Numbered from the whole stretch's first letter, positions 24,650-37,092 are shown. The stretch is 63,367 bases of DNA, filler included, from Sphacelaria rigidula (GCA_964200075.2; 9 parts of 9 records of this genome joined end to end with filler, not necessarily neighbours in it); one strand, 5' to 3'. Made by a program: numbers and translations. Notes: generated by a model not told the origin, from the letters alone.

Positions 24650-26800
24650 TCTCTTCCACATGAGAAGATGTTCGAGCTCGAGCATTATTCCCATAGTACA
24701 GTCAACAATGATACTTTGCACTGATAAGGGGGGACATGGTGCGCTAGAAAACCCTGCGCTGTTACGGGACCATTTCACTCTCCTCGGCAAGGGACGGGGA
24801 CCATCTGATACTACAAGGAAAAGCTCAACCGGGCCGGACTGAGGTGATGACAAACATCTTGTGGTGGTCATGCAAAACTTGTGGGCTTCCATCCGAGGGA
24901 AAATTGTGTCGCTGAAACCACAATTCGTCAATTATCAGGCGAGTCCTGAAAAAAGGCTCGACTTGTAGTACGGTTGACGGAAAACAAAAACATACACCAT
25001 GATAAGGATTTCGGTCAGGCGGCATTGTCCCAGGATGGCGAAAATCAACTACGGTAGACTCGAGTCATTTGTGCCAACGTCAACAACGCGACGTCCGGTA
25101 TTACATGCGTGTGCTGTCACAGGGGGAAGCTACAGTTTCCACGACTGATGGTTCAGCTTCCCACACCTCAGGACCATCCTGCGCTGTGGGGTACCACATC
25201 ACACAAAAAGGGCGCCCGGGGGGGAAGGGGGGGGGGGTTCCGCATCTACAAATATCTGGGGTGCTCGCCGAGGTACAGGGGGGGGTAGAATTCGGCACAA
25301 GGCTAGTCAACCCTATTCTACTGCAGCATGATCGGCGGGCACACAGTGTGCACATGGCACAGTGGCGCGTGCGATACTCTGTTCGAAAGTAGAGTGGACA
25401 CACTGTGGTGAGACAGAGTTACGGTTGGCTACATGCACAAGGCGGAAGTTGAAGGTAGTTCCGGCCAAATCGACGCGTGGTCGGGAAACCAACAAAGTGC
25501 GTCACCATGGCACCCACGCGGATAGAAACAAGCGGGAACAGGACCAAGCGGGAACAGGACCAAGCGGGAACAGGACCAAGGGCAGCTACATCAAATCGCT
25601 CAGCAGCTACAAGCAGTGTACCAACGGAGGGGCAGATACGTATCATTAATACGCGAAGCGGGGGCAACGTACAGCAGTCTTCGCTACCATTGTACAATGC
25701 AACCGAGCCCAGAGTGAGCTGACGCCCACGACAATCAGAATAGACCAGGGGCGCCTCACTAAATACAAGTAAAAAACGCAGAAAAATAGAAGCGAGTTAC
25801 TGACTACAGCTTGAGCAGAAAACACAACGCCAAGCAACACAAAGACGTCCTAACCAAGCAGAACAAGGTCCGTTTATCGACGCGAATTGTCATGATGGTG
25901 TAGCTAATGCATTGGCTGAGGTCTCTCAGTACGAGTACCAGGAGATGCCATTGAGTCCAGCTAACACAAGCTCCCACGTGGGCACAACGTACGACCTATA
26001 GCTATCCACCAAGAACAATCACACAGTAGGTTCATCCAAGTGCAGACTGTTTGTTGATTAGGAACTCACGTGTTTCATAGAGTGATGTTATATCTACAAG
26101 CCTCTCTTACTCAGTATAGCCGGGGCGCAGCCATGGGAGCAGAGCGTAGTGATGGTCCAGGGTAGAGACCAAGGCGAAGCCAGAACAACCTCAACTAATT
26201 ATATTAGCAAACAACGCGTCACGGGTCTACGAGCACACTCGCACAGCGTATATCTTGCAACGCCTCCGAGCTTCATCACAGTTAGGGGTAGGGGTAGGGA
26301 TACTTGTAAAATGTGCCAACCATGAAAATTTGTGACCCAAGGTCGGCAAATTCTTGGACCACGATGTGTGCAGTGCATCTCGAAGGTACATGCGTTTTTC
26401 AAGTGAAATTGATGCCGATTCGGAAGGTGGTCTATACATGTACCCTCAGACAGCGAACGTAGTCCGTCTGGACTTCGCCAACTTCTTCGAGTGAAATTGA
26501 TGCCGGGTCAACAGATGACGCTCTTTCGTTGTCTAAGGGTTGACCCAAAACGTGGGCAAGCTGAAGCTTAACCAGGACAGAACCTGCTTGATCGAATTTG
26601 CGGGCGCAGCCCATATCACAAGCCAAACTTCCCACAAAGAGAAAAGGGTAACCCAAATTGAATTGAATGAAGCCGGAATGTGCCCGAGCGTTCAAACTCG
26701 GCACTGGCCCAACATTGAGGACCTCTCCAAAATCAGACGGAGGGCTGAAACATGGGACATGCCCTGTTTCACTACTTCTGTACCGCAGCAAACACATTTA
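24650..26800 (-). pseudogene. Highly degraded L1-like LINE remnant (tentative)
   Basis: DYVRCLRVHV (YLG-like RT motif) upstream of Cys/His-rich CPLYFRTEYRTRHCAMC (zf-RVT-like); many stops and frameshifts. Confidence 0.28.
25529..25580 (+). repeat. 16-bp tandem repeat x3
   Basis: AAGCGGGAACAGGACC repeated. Confidence 0.85.
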
Positions 26801-27009
26801 AGCCCTCCTCATATGTTGAAGCTTCAACTGTCTGTCCTGTTGTGATGTGTTCAGGCAGTACGAAGACGGGTTGGGTTGCATGCGAGCTGCGATATTGTCG
26901 TTGTGTTCCTTTCTGCATGAAGCAATGTTAGCCTGCACGTAGTGCTTGCTGCACACTGTTGGAAACTTCATGGGTGTATTAGCTGTTTCGTCTTTCATAA
27001 GACTAAGAG

Positions 27010-27877
27010 CCCACCCCAACACGCAGCTCAGTCAGTGGATCCTGCCACAATTAGATGCCCAAGTTTTCGCCAACAAGAAGAAACGCCAAAAGTAGTGTGG
27101 TGTCGGTTCAGGCACACATTTCACTGCAGTTACGTTGATGTGTGGCGGCCACGACTGCTGCAGTTCGTGATCTTGTCTTGTTATGTTCGCAATGACGGTA
27201 AACGTGGGGTGGCACCTCGAGGGCGTGTGCTTCCGTAGTAGTACAGCAGCAGCAGCAGCAGCAGCAGCTTGACACTTTTAATTTTGCAGCAAGAGAAAGC
27301 AGCTGATGCCTACTGTACACAGTCCGTGTTCAGGTTCTGAAAAACACTGCAGAACTGCTGTGTTGTGTTGTGTTCAGTGTAGTACTCTGTACTCCATATA
27401 ATGGGGTCACGTTTTGGGCAGTTTTCCGAGACGTTTGTCTCTCCTGTGCATGAGCGCGTATACAATTCAATCGCCCACTCCAACACGAAGCTCAGTCAGT
27501 GGACCCTGCCACAAAATTAGAAGCCCAAGTTTTCGCCAACAAGACGAAGCACCAAAAGTGTGGTGATCTCCGTTCAGGCACACGTTTCACTGCAGTTACG
27601 TTGAAGTGTGGCACCCACGAGTGCTGCAGTTCGTGTTCTTGTCTTGTTATGTTCGCAATGACGGTAAACGTGGGGTGGCACCTCGAGGGCGTGTCCTTCC
27701 GTAGTAGTACAGCAGCAGCAGCTGGACACTTTTAATTTTGCAACAAGAGAAAGCAGCTGATGCATACTGTAAATAGTCCGTGTTCAGGTTCTAAGAAACA
27801 CTGCAGAACTGCTGTTGTATTGTGTTCAGTGTAGTACTCTGTAATCCTTATAATTGGGTCACGTTTTGGGCAGTTTT
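27010..27877 (+). repeat. Direct repeat pair of ~410 bp (27010-27426 and 27473-27877)
   Basis: Both start GCCCACYCCAACACGMAGCTCAGTCAGTGGA, end GGGTCACGTTTTGGGCAGTTTT and carry a (CAG)n of different length. Confidence 0.85.
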
Positions 27878-28109
27878 TCAAAAAGTTATGCTTGTGTTTT
27901 TCAAAGTATCCTGAAAAAAATGAGGCAATTTTTTATCACAGAAATCCACTGCCGAATCTGGAATGGTCTGAGACAACAACCGATTCGAAATTGGAACTAG
28001 ACATGGGGTTTCATCAACGAGAAAATATGGGCCCAAACGTTTGAGGAGATGTGCACCTTCCCCTTGGTCAAACGATGAAAACAATTTGCGGATCACGGCC
28101 CAACTCGTC

Positions 28110-28209
28110 NNNNNNNNNNNNNNNNNNNNNNNNNNNNNNNNNNNNNNNNNNNNTTAATTAATTAANNNNNNNNNNNNNNNNNNNNNNNNNNNNNNNNNNN
28201 NNNNNNNNN
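28110..28209. other. Artificial contig linker
   Basis: N44-TTAATTAATTAA-N44. Confidence 0.98.
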
Positions 28210-28338
28210 CGTCCCGGCTTTCTAGGGATGCGAGGTCAATGGTCTTATGACCATGGCATGCATGATCATGAGTACACCCCCCAATGGTCATACGACTAAG
28301 GCAAGCAAGAACTGGGTACGCCCCCCCTCCCCTCCCCA
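28210..28338 (+). mobile_element. Stacked 3' ends: family B, C tract, family A, C tract
   Basis: ...CATGAGTACACCCCCC-AATGGTCATACGACTAAGGCAAGCAAG...GTACGCCCCCCCTCCCCTCCCC. Confidence 0.7.
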
Positions 28339-29201
28339 GGTGGGTGAAGATGTGATATCAGGTTTGATGTTCGCGGATGGTTTTGTGGGCATTTCAGAAA
28401 CACCAGGAGGATTGCAGAAGCAGATAGACAAGGCGCTAGAGTACACTAGGAAATGGAAACTGACAGCGTTCCTTGACAAATGCGCGGTGCTCGTCTGTAG
28501 CGAACATGAGAAAAATCCGGTACAGTTCAAGTGGAAGTGGGGAGAAGAGGAACTGCCGATCGTTGACCAGTATACATACCTTGGCGTAGAGATATCAGAA
28601 AAGTGTTCTTGGGATGTATACATACACGAAGAAATAGAAAAGAGTGACGCAAAGATAGGCGGGATGGACGTGATCTTCAGAGACCCGCATCTAGGCACTA
28701 GGATTAAGACATGTACCCTGATGAACGTGATCATACGAAAGGTGGAATATGCCGGAGAAGTACGGGAAGGGAACGTGGAGTTGATGAAGACGTTGGAAGC
28801 AGTACAGATGGCAGCACTTGGATGCTCAAAAACGACGAGTAATACAGTTTTGAGAGCAGAGTTCGGAATGCACTCAGTTGAAACAAAGAGAGACATGAGA
28901 AAATTCACGATGGCAATGAGCGTGAAGGACATGAAGAGGAAGAGATTGCCAGCTATAGTTGATAAGGCTGTACGGAAGAAAGTACGAAAGGGTATGCTAT
29001 AAAGTGGGATATAAAAGTGGAGAAAGTATGGAAGGAGATAGGAGGAAACCGAGACGAAATACTGTCCATAGGTGAAGGCATGGGGTACAAGACAGAAGTA
29101 AGATACATGATAGAAATAAGGGGAAAAGGAGCGCTCATACGCGAAGTAGACGAGGAAGAACACCTGGAGATTCACGGGGGGTTGAAAGAGGGGATAGGGA
29201 T
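28339..29201 (+). pseudogene. LINE family A ORF2 reverse transcriptase, 5'-truncated, interrupted by Copia insertion
   Basis: GLMFADGFVGISETPGGLQKQID...LPIVDQYTYLGVEI non-LTR RT motifs; internal stop at 29002; resumes at 33305. Confidence 0.88.
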
Positions 29202-29611
29202 TGTGCAGATTATGTATTTGACATAGATCTCATACGTAGATTCCCGGGCATATAGCCAACCAGCCTGGTAGAAACCACTGCCGTTCAGTACAAAGTACCA
29301 ACAGGAACGGTCCGGGAACCAGTACTGTAGCCAGGGTTCAGTCGAGCCAGAGCGGCTCCGCGGTTCTATATTGCAAGCTCCCCAGTTGGGGTTTAGGGCT
29401 GAGATTCAGAAAGAGAAAGTTTAGATAGAGCTGTACACCAGCGGGTGACATCTGAATGAATAATGAAAAGCACGGCGATGCAGCGCCCCACTCGGGTACG
29501 TTGTCTGTTCAACTCATCAAGATCTCTCGTGACCATTGCCTTGCTCCGCGATAAAACGGTGCACTGCGAGGAAGCGCGCCACGGCCACACCAAACACCTC
29601 ACAAGTGCACA
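29202..29611 (+). repeat. 5' LTR (410 bp)
   Basis: Direct repeat of 32892-33299; about 13 substitutions and a 2-nt length difference by manual comparison. Confidence 0.95.
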
Positions 29612-29632
29612 GGTTCGTGAGCCTCGAGGAGT

Positions 29633-32600
29633 ATGGAGGCAGACCCACGCAAGTTGCCAGTCTGGACAGGCGTTCGTGGGCACTCGCGAGAAACATGGGA
29701 CGCATTGAGACTTTCCATCGTTGGATACGCAGAGGGGGAGGGACTATACCCCCTGCTGCGACCGGCTTCCACCAAACCGGTCGTTCTGACAGCGACCACG
29801 ACACTTGACCAGCGTAGGGCGTGCGAAACGCACGAACGCAATACACATATTTATGATTCCTCCTGGCAAAGGCTACGAAAGGGTCAGCCGCAGCCATCGT
29901 GGCACGATGCGAGCACGGCGGCAACCCTGATGGCAGGGAAGCCTGGCTGAAGATGGAAGGGATCTACGGAGGACGTGCACAGGACGAGTGGCCTGTGCAA
30001 CTACTTGCATTCGAACAAAGACTGCCGGATCTCCAATGAACTTCTGCAGAAGAATCAGCAGATTTTATGGTGAAGCTGGATACCATCTGGGGAGAAGTCG
30101 AAGCGCTTGGAAACGTCAAAGCCGGCGAGACCAAGACGGCAGCCCTTCTACTCGGGATCAAGGAGGCGCTTCCACAAGTATTCATCCAGCTAACAACCCA
30201 GCCAGGTATGACGTACGATGAGCTAAAACGAGCAGTCGTAGCATCATCAGCATATCTAACGCGTGACATCGAACGCCGCGATGAGGCAGTAGCGTTCCAA
30301 TCGAGAACCGACGGCAACGAAACCGACTCAAGGCTCGATAGCAATCAATGCGCCTACTGTTTGAAGCGAAGTCATAGGTAGCGGGAGTGTCGCTCCCACC
30401 TTAACGGCACACTTCCGGCTAAACGACAGCCGGGGATGAGCCCCGCACGAAGGCTCCCACCCCCTCCGCAAAACGACAGAAGGAATGGGAGGAGGGACAA
30501 ACCGCAGGCATTCATAACGATGAACGTGGTAGTCAAAGATGAGCGAGTAGTACCCATGTGCACGTCGACTAACAGTGACACGAAGGTATCAATTCTCTGC
30601 GACTCGGGAGGGAATGTCCACATGACTCCCTGGAAACAGGATCTCAGGAATATACGTACGGTCAATCGAAGCTGTACATTTTGGAAAAAGGGACAGCTGC
30701 AGGCAATGGCAATGGGAAAGATCCCATTGCACGTGGGCGCTCGGGGAAAGGTGGCTCCGGCAAAGGTCACACTGGAGGACGTACTTTGGGTCCCTGGACT
30801 ACCTTGCTCGCTGCTGAGTACCAGAACGATTCGGCGTGACGGAGGAAAATTCGTGGATTCCGGCAGGAAGGAGAGCTACCTTCGGTTCAGAAAGGATGGA
30901 CCGAAGATCCCCCTAGCCGAGAATAAAGGGTTCCTGACCCTGTCGGCATCGCTGCAGGGGGGTGGCAAACATGCGGCGTCGGCGCACGCTTCGTTCGCAA
31001 ACAAGAAGCAGCGCCTCACATTGAAGGAGTGGCACGACACCTTAGGGTACATCGACCCAGCTGCCATAAAACGCCACGAGAAGCGTGGGCTGATCGATAT
31101 CACTGAAAACACGGCGGCGTCCGAGATGCGCTGTAGAGTCTGCAAGGAATGCAAGTCCGAAGCGCTCAGCTACGGCCGCGGCGGCAGGAGTCCCAAAGCA
31201 CCAGGTGAAGTTGTGCACATTGACCTTGAAGGGCATTTTCACGCCGATGTCATGGGCATGAAATAATTTCAGGTTTTCGTGGATGAGGCCAGTCGAGACA
31301 AGCACATTGTTGGACTCAAGACATGAGATCCAGCCACTGACGCAACGAGAGTCTACATCGACAAAATGGCCCGTGAGGGAGTGGCCATCGAATGCGTCAG
31401 CGGAGACGGCGCTGGGGAACTTGGACGGTCAGTCAAATTTAAACGCATGCTGACCAATCGCGGCATCAAGTGGCGCTCCTCACCGCCAAGGTCACCGCAG
31501 AGTAATGGAATTGCTGAACGTGCCATTCAACAACTGATGAGGACAGCACGCAGCCCACTGGTGAAAGCGGTACGCGGAAAGGACTACTGGTTGTTCGTTG
31601 TGGCGGACGCGGCATTCAAGACCGCAGGGATGCCCCATGAGTACCTCGGGGGGGAGACCCCATGTGAGAGGCTGACAGGAAAGCCTTTCAACTACGACAG
31701 GCTTCGTACTTGGGGGATCCGAGTGTTTCGTGCATCATCACAAGCGACAACGCGGCGCCGCTGCAAAGTTCCACCGATATGCGAAGCGGGGCATCTTGGT
31801 GGGGTACGATCGGCACTCTCTCTGCTGGTATGTATGGCTGATGCAGGAATCAAAGCTCGTTAAGTCTTCATACATCACGTTTGAAACAGAGACCAAGATC
31901 CTAGACATCGTGGGGGACCTGAAGGCGGTCGAACTCAGCGATCACGAGGACGAACCATCGGAAGAAGAGGAAGCAGCACCAATCAACGGCGATGATGGCC
32001 CGGGTGAACAACCACCACAGGACCCGCCATAATCGAAGCGCTCTTCTCTGGATAGTGGACTGCGCAGGTCCAGTCAACTAGCGCAACGGCATCGAGGGGA
32101 CAACGCACAGCAACGCTTCAGAAGTTCTGACGGCAGCAGTTCTGATAGCGGAAATTTCCTCGCCACCCTTCAACAAGATCAACACAAAGGCGCATTCTGC
32201 ATGCTCGGGGGCGGAATCGTTACTGAACCACAGGAGCCGTCGACAGCAAAAAAAGCCCTGGCAGAATCTGATGCTGACAGATAGAAAGTGGTCATGGAAG
32301 AGGAAATCCAGCGGAAGGACAACAAGCCTCAGAGCCGAGAAGCCGGTGAACCGCTGGGACCACGAGTGCTACCGGCGGCGCCTGTAACTCATGCGACTCC
32401 AGGCGCAAACGAGCGCTCCGACGGCCCAAAGACCAGGGTATCCCAGACAAAAAAACGAGCGGCGCGTCGGACTGGAGGATCAAGCCTCCTCAAACAGAGA
32501 TGGTCGTAGACGAGGCCGACTCACCAAACTATCGGAGACGCTGGGCGGTAACGAAGGAGCGAAGCTCGAGAAAATGTTCATGCCGAGCACGGACGGTTCT

Positions 32601-32880
32601 GGCCTTGACCAAGAAACGAAGCAACAGCCCGCGGTGAAAGAAACGACAAAGGCAGTGGAGGGACCACCCAAGGGTGCGGGATGCATGCCGAGCAAGGACG
32701 TTCAAGTTGCCGTTCTCGACGAAGGATGTCAAAACGGAAAAGGCGCCGGAAGTCAGGACGAGTCCAGGGGGTCCAGGTCCACCACGTGGCTTCTATGGCA
32801 TTCAATGGAAAGATTCGTTTGCCTCGTATCTAGCACGTTGGGTTTGATCGTATCAGCTCTCTGCTGTTGCCGCCATACGA
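29633..32880 (+). pseudogene. Disrupted Copia gag-protease-integrase polyprotein
   Basis: Zinc knuckle CAYCLKRSHR*REC; protease ILCDSGGNVHMT; WHDTLGY...CRVC; integrase VHIDLEG / GDGAGE / SNGIAER; GILVGYD; EPST..AL...VMEEEI then no RT. Confidence 0.9.
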
Positions 32881-32891
32881 TCATGGGGGAG

Positions 32892-33299
32892 TGTGCAGAT
32901 TATGTATTTGACATAGATCTCATACGTAGATTCCCGGGCATATAGCCAACCAGCCTGGTAGGAGCCACTGCCGTTCAGTACAAAGTACCAACAGGAACGG
33001 TCCGGGAACCAGTACTGTAGCCAGGGTTCAGTCGAGCCAGAGCGGCTCTGCGGCTCTATATTGCAAGCTCTCCAGTTGGGGTTTAGGGCTGAGATTCAGA
33101 AAGAGAAGGTTCAGATAGAGCTGTACACCAGCGGGTGACATCTGAATGAATAATGAAAAGCACGGCGATGCAGCGCCCAACACGGGTACGTTGTCTGTTC
33201 AGCCCATCAAGATCTCTCTACCATTGCCTTGCTCCGCGATAAAACGGTGCACTGCGAAGAAGCGCGCCACGGCCACACCAAACACCTCACCAGTGCACA
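32892..33299 (+). repeat. 3' LTR (408 bp)
   Basis: Preceded by polypurine tract, followed by TSD. Confidence 0.95.
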
Positions 33300-33304
33300 G
33301 GGAT

Positions 33305-33801
33305 GAAAGAATATCTGCATGGACATGAAAAATATGAAACTGCGATTTTGGGTGGAGGACCTGCACCTGCCAGAAAGAAGAAAGAGATATACCAGTAGTC
33401 GTGTGGAGGAGGAAGTAGATGCACAGAACTGCCTCTGTGGCACAGCAATAGAGAGCAGAAGTCATACAGTGGCAGAATGTGAACTATACAAGGAGGAACG
33501 GGGCGTGCTAGAGGGGGATATGCGGGACGTGAACGAAGGTGGCATGGAACCGTTTTATGCATTGGACAAGAGGGAGAAAACGATGGTTATACTGGGAGAT
33601 AGATGGTGGCCACAGACGGCGAAATAGGACGGGGATAAGATATGTGAACGGTTTTTGTGCAATATATGGAAGAAACGTGATCAGTGCCGGAATGTTGGAG
33701 GTGCCTCTATTAGGAGTAGGAACGGTGCTCCGTCTCGAACGGGATGCATGGTCAAAGGTCAAACGACTAAGGCAAGCAACAAATGTACACGCCCCCCTCC
33801 C
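33305..33801 (+). pseudogene. LINE family A 3' part (C-terminal Cys/His finger and 3' end)
   Basis: CLCGTAIESRSHTVAECELY zinc-finger-like motif; continues the 28339-29201 LINE; ends in C tract. Confidence 0.85.
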
Positions 33802-34110
33802 GGAGGGCATTTTTCCGAAATTGTCATTTTGTCTTTTTGGTCAACTTTGTTGCAAGAAATTGATTAATAAAAAATGCTTCTTTTTTTTTCTGTTAATTTT
33901 CTGCAAGAAGTCTATCAATGAACACTGACAAGACCGAAAAGTCCGGTGGGCTTTGCGAGGTTCGTATATCTTCTTCTGCTCCTTGCCCGTTTTGTCCCGC
34001 GATGACATCAGATGCCGGAGTGCATTTTTTCGAAAATTATCCCGATTTTTTCTTTTTCGTTATTTTTTTTGCAAGAAATTGTCCAATACGATCGGATGTC
34101 ATGACACACA

Positions 34111-34547
34111 GAGTTTTGGCCCACGGATTGTTCACTTTTGGGACGTTCGACCCACTTTTTGATCCCCAAACAGGGAAAATCGCCAACACACGTCTTGGAC
34201 GCTTTGCATCGCCCCACAGAGAAGAGCCTAGCCCACTTTTCAGATTCACTTGGCTCCAAGGTTTTTGAGAGTGGCCGCTGAACAATACTCCGCGTGCAAT
34301 AAAACCTACGGCGATCTTCACAGATTATTAGCAAACAGCCGTATGTTGGCAAGCACAGATTATTGCACACGAATTATTGGTCAGCGGTCAATCTCGAAAC
34401 CTCGGAGCCAAGCGAATCTGAAAAATAGGCTAGGCTCCTCTTGTGGGGTGGTGATGCGAAGTGTCAGAGACGTGGCGATTTTCCCCGCGTGGGGGTCAAA
34501 AAGTGGGTCAAACGTCCCGAAAGTGAACAATCCGTGGGCCAAAAGTC
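34111..34547. mobile_element. Foldback element with ~170-bp imperfect inverted arms
   Basis: TTTTGGCCCACGGATTGTTCACTTTTGGGACGTT ... AACGTCCCGAAAGTGAACAATCCGTGGGCCAAAA. Confidence 0.75.
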
Positions 34548-34553
34548 ACGCGC

Positions 34554-34846
34554 GGCTATTTGGCTACCTCCAAAATTCCTCCAGATGGATAAACTTTTCG
34601 AGTCTCTAGAAGAATCAAACGCCTCCGGAGGGGTGCGCGGCCCTCCAGAGGAGATTTTTTGGTTTCATACAGAGGGATTATACGCCTCCGGAGGTATACC
34701 CCCAAATTCCTCCGGAGGACTGCGCGGCCCTCCGGGTCGGTAGAGTTTGGTTTCCTCCAGAAGGATTGAAGGCGTCCGGAGGGATTTTTTCCCCCTGGAG
34801 GGCCGCGCATCCCTCTGGAGGCATTTCGGGGTGTAGCCAAATGGCC
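34554..34846. mobile_element. MITE with GGCYATTTGGCTAC TIRs and internal CCTCCGGAGG palindromes
   Basis: GGCTATTTGGCTAC ... GTAGCCAAATGGCC; partial homolog at 58218-58350; no TSD recognised. Confidence 0.7.
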
Positions 34847-35064
34847 GGGTGTGGTCTGTTTGCCATAACATCCGGCCTAAACACGGACAAAAACCGAAGA
34901 GTCTGGTGGGCTTTGCGGGGTTTATATATATATATATATCTGCTCCTGCTTCTTGCCCGCTCTGTCCCGATGGCCTCAGGTCTCCTTGCCAAGGATCGCT
35001 CTGTCCACGGCAGCTGGCCGCATTCGCCCAAGTCTCGGCAATAAACCAGGGGACAGACGGCTGG

Positions 35065-35117
<53 letters not shown>

Positions 35118-35161
35118 ACCCCACCCTTTACCTTCGCCCTGCCCCTGATGGATTTCTTCTT

Positions 35162-35261
35162 NNNNNNNNNNNNNNNNNNNNNNNNNNNNNNNNNNNNNNN
35201 NNNNNTTAATTAATTAANNNNNNNNNNNNNNNNNNNNNNNNNNNNNNNNNNNNNNNNNNNN
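35162..35261. other. Artificial contig linker
   Basis: N44-TTAATTAATTAA-N44. Confidence 0.98.
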
Positions 35262-36587
35262 AGAAATAGTGAAGTGCATGGTTTGAGGTTCCTTCCTGTC
35301 CTCTGGGGACAAGAACAACGAAAAAAACTGCTGATTTTGGCTGTGTTCACAAACTTGAACAAACTTGACCACAACACATTCCCTGGAGGACGGGGAAGCG
35401 ATCGATACCCTCACCTTCACCTAAACTATCTCGAGATATGGCGCACATAATATTCCATACTAAAATCAATATATTACTAGCAGAGGCACTAAATGCACTA
35501 AATCTGGTTTTCGCGTGTCTGTTTTGGAGAGCTGTGCTTTGAAATTTCGAATGGAGAATCGCTCATGTATAATATTTTGGAAAAAAAAAAAAGGCATTTC
35601 TTCATTTCTTCATTTTTTCGTTTGTTTATTTTTTAGGGAAGTTTCAAGTAAAAATGAACATTGTCCTTGGACGCTGTCATATTTTTTCAAAAGTGTGGCT
35701 TGAAGCTTAGCATGGAGATTCGCAAAGGCATCCTGAAAGTAAAAAAAAGTGGGCGTTCACTTTTCTTGGTAAGGAAGGGGAGAGCTGAGAGCATTCTCTT
35801 GACAAATTTGTCTTTACCATACAAAAACGTCCTTGACTCATGAAAGAAACGAAAAGGAAAATCAACATGTCCCATTATTTTGGTTCATTATGCCCTAACG
35901 AGGTCCCGCATAAAATTTCCAAACACAAATACCAAACCCGGACCGGTAATTGGCCTGCACAATGCTGTTCCGAATTTCGTAAATGGCCCCACGCCCCCTC
36001 ATTAGTTGGACTTTTGAATTTGGTACGGAGAATGAATAAGGCATATTAAAAATAAGTATTTCGCGACCCTGCTTTTTTTTTTTTTCATGATTTCACGATA
36101 TTTTGCTGAAAACTGGATACTGGTTGCTTCCTTTGGACTGATTAAGAAAAAACGCATCCCGCAATATGTATTTTATTTTGCCCTATTCAATAGTCGTACC
36201 GAATTTGAAAATCCAACTATGGATATTGAGGAGAGGCGGGGTCTGGAAGCTACAAATTTGTGTGTTTAGGCTTGACCAGCTCATTCTCTGTTTTTCTCAG
36301 AGCTCTTTACGTTATGCCGCCTCTTGTAGACTGAAAAAAGTCTCTGAGAAAAGTCGTCCAAAATTACTTTTCTCAGAGACTTTCTCCAGAGAAATCAGTT
36401 TTCAGAACCCCACCTTATAGCCTATGAAAAAATCCTGAGGATTTGTACACCTGAGGCCATCATCTAGCCTGCGTGCAGACGCTGGAAGTGTTCATCATTT
36501 GTATTTCGTGCTTGTGCGACCTGCGGTGAGCCTGCGGTAAATCAACACGTAAATACTCCTGTCGAGGTACAGGATGGATGGGATGGC

Positions 36588-36588
<1 letters not shown>

Positions 36589-36625
<37 letters not shown>
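36589..36625 (+). repeat. (CA)n microsatellite
   Basis: Pure AC run; flank GGGATGGCAAC resembles GGGATGACAAC before the CA run at ~39450. Confidence 0.9.
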
Positions 36626-36627
<2 letters not shown>

Positions 36628-37092
36628 AGCTACTGGTATACTTTGTAATAGGTATCGAAATGATGGGCGTATCGACACTTACTTCAGCCGATCGCCGCTT
36701 GGTACAGTAGTCGTTGCAAGCGGCGCAATGTGTGCAGCAGACGGTTTGTGCCATACCGCACACAACAAATTCACGTGACAGTTCGTAAGTAGTGCGGCAG
36801 CAACCGTCTCAGTACGCAGAATACTACAGAGTGCGCAGTCGGTGGCGGGCACGACGAGCTTGAAACGATACGAACAGTCAACACAGCCAGCAGGGGCGAC
36901 ATGGTGCTCACTACGGTATTAGCTTCATATATTACAGCTTGATACTACTGTACTGTGTACAAAAATGGAGAAAAATGGACAACTACGCGTAGTTAATGAT
37001 ACTGTACTACTTTACGAGCTTCCATTATTCATTTATTTTTTACTTCACCCTCTTTTGCTGCTCCCCTTCTTTTGCCTCTTTTTTTCTCGCAG

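Larger units (their letters stand above)
29202..33299 (+). mobile_element. Full-length non-autonomous Copia LTR retrotransposon (gag-PR-IN, no RT/RNase H), 4098 bp
   Basis: LTRs 29202-29611 and 32892-33299 with TGTGCA...TGCACA ends; 5-bp TSD GGGAT at 29197-29201 and 33300-33304; PBS-like GGTTCGTGAGCC; PPT GGGGGAG at 32885-32891. Confidence 0.95.

Noticed and set aside
25529-25580. CRISPR-like array (also the repeats at 24340-24580)
   Set aside because: Short tandem or irregular repeats without unique, equal-length spacers; no cas genes; eukaryotic context.
28288-29175. 295-aa minus-strand ORF (also the 277-aa ORF at 53698-54531)
   Set aside because: Antisense shadows of the purine-rich LINE RT strand.
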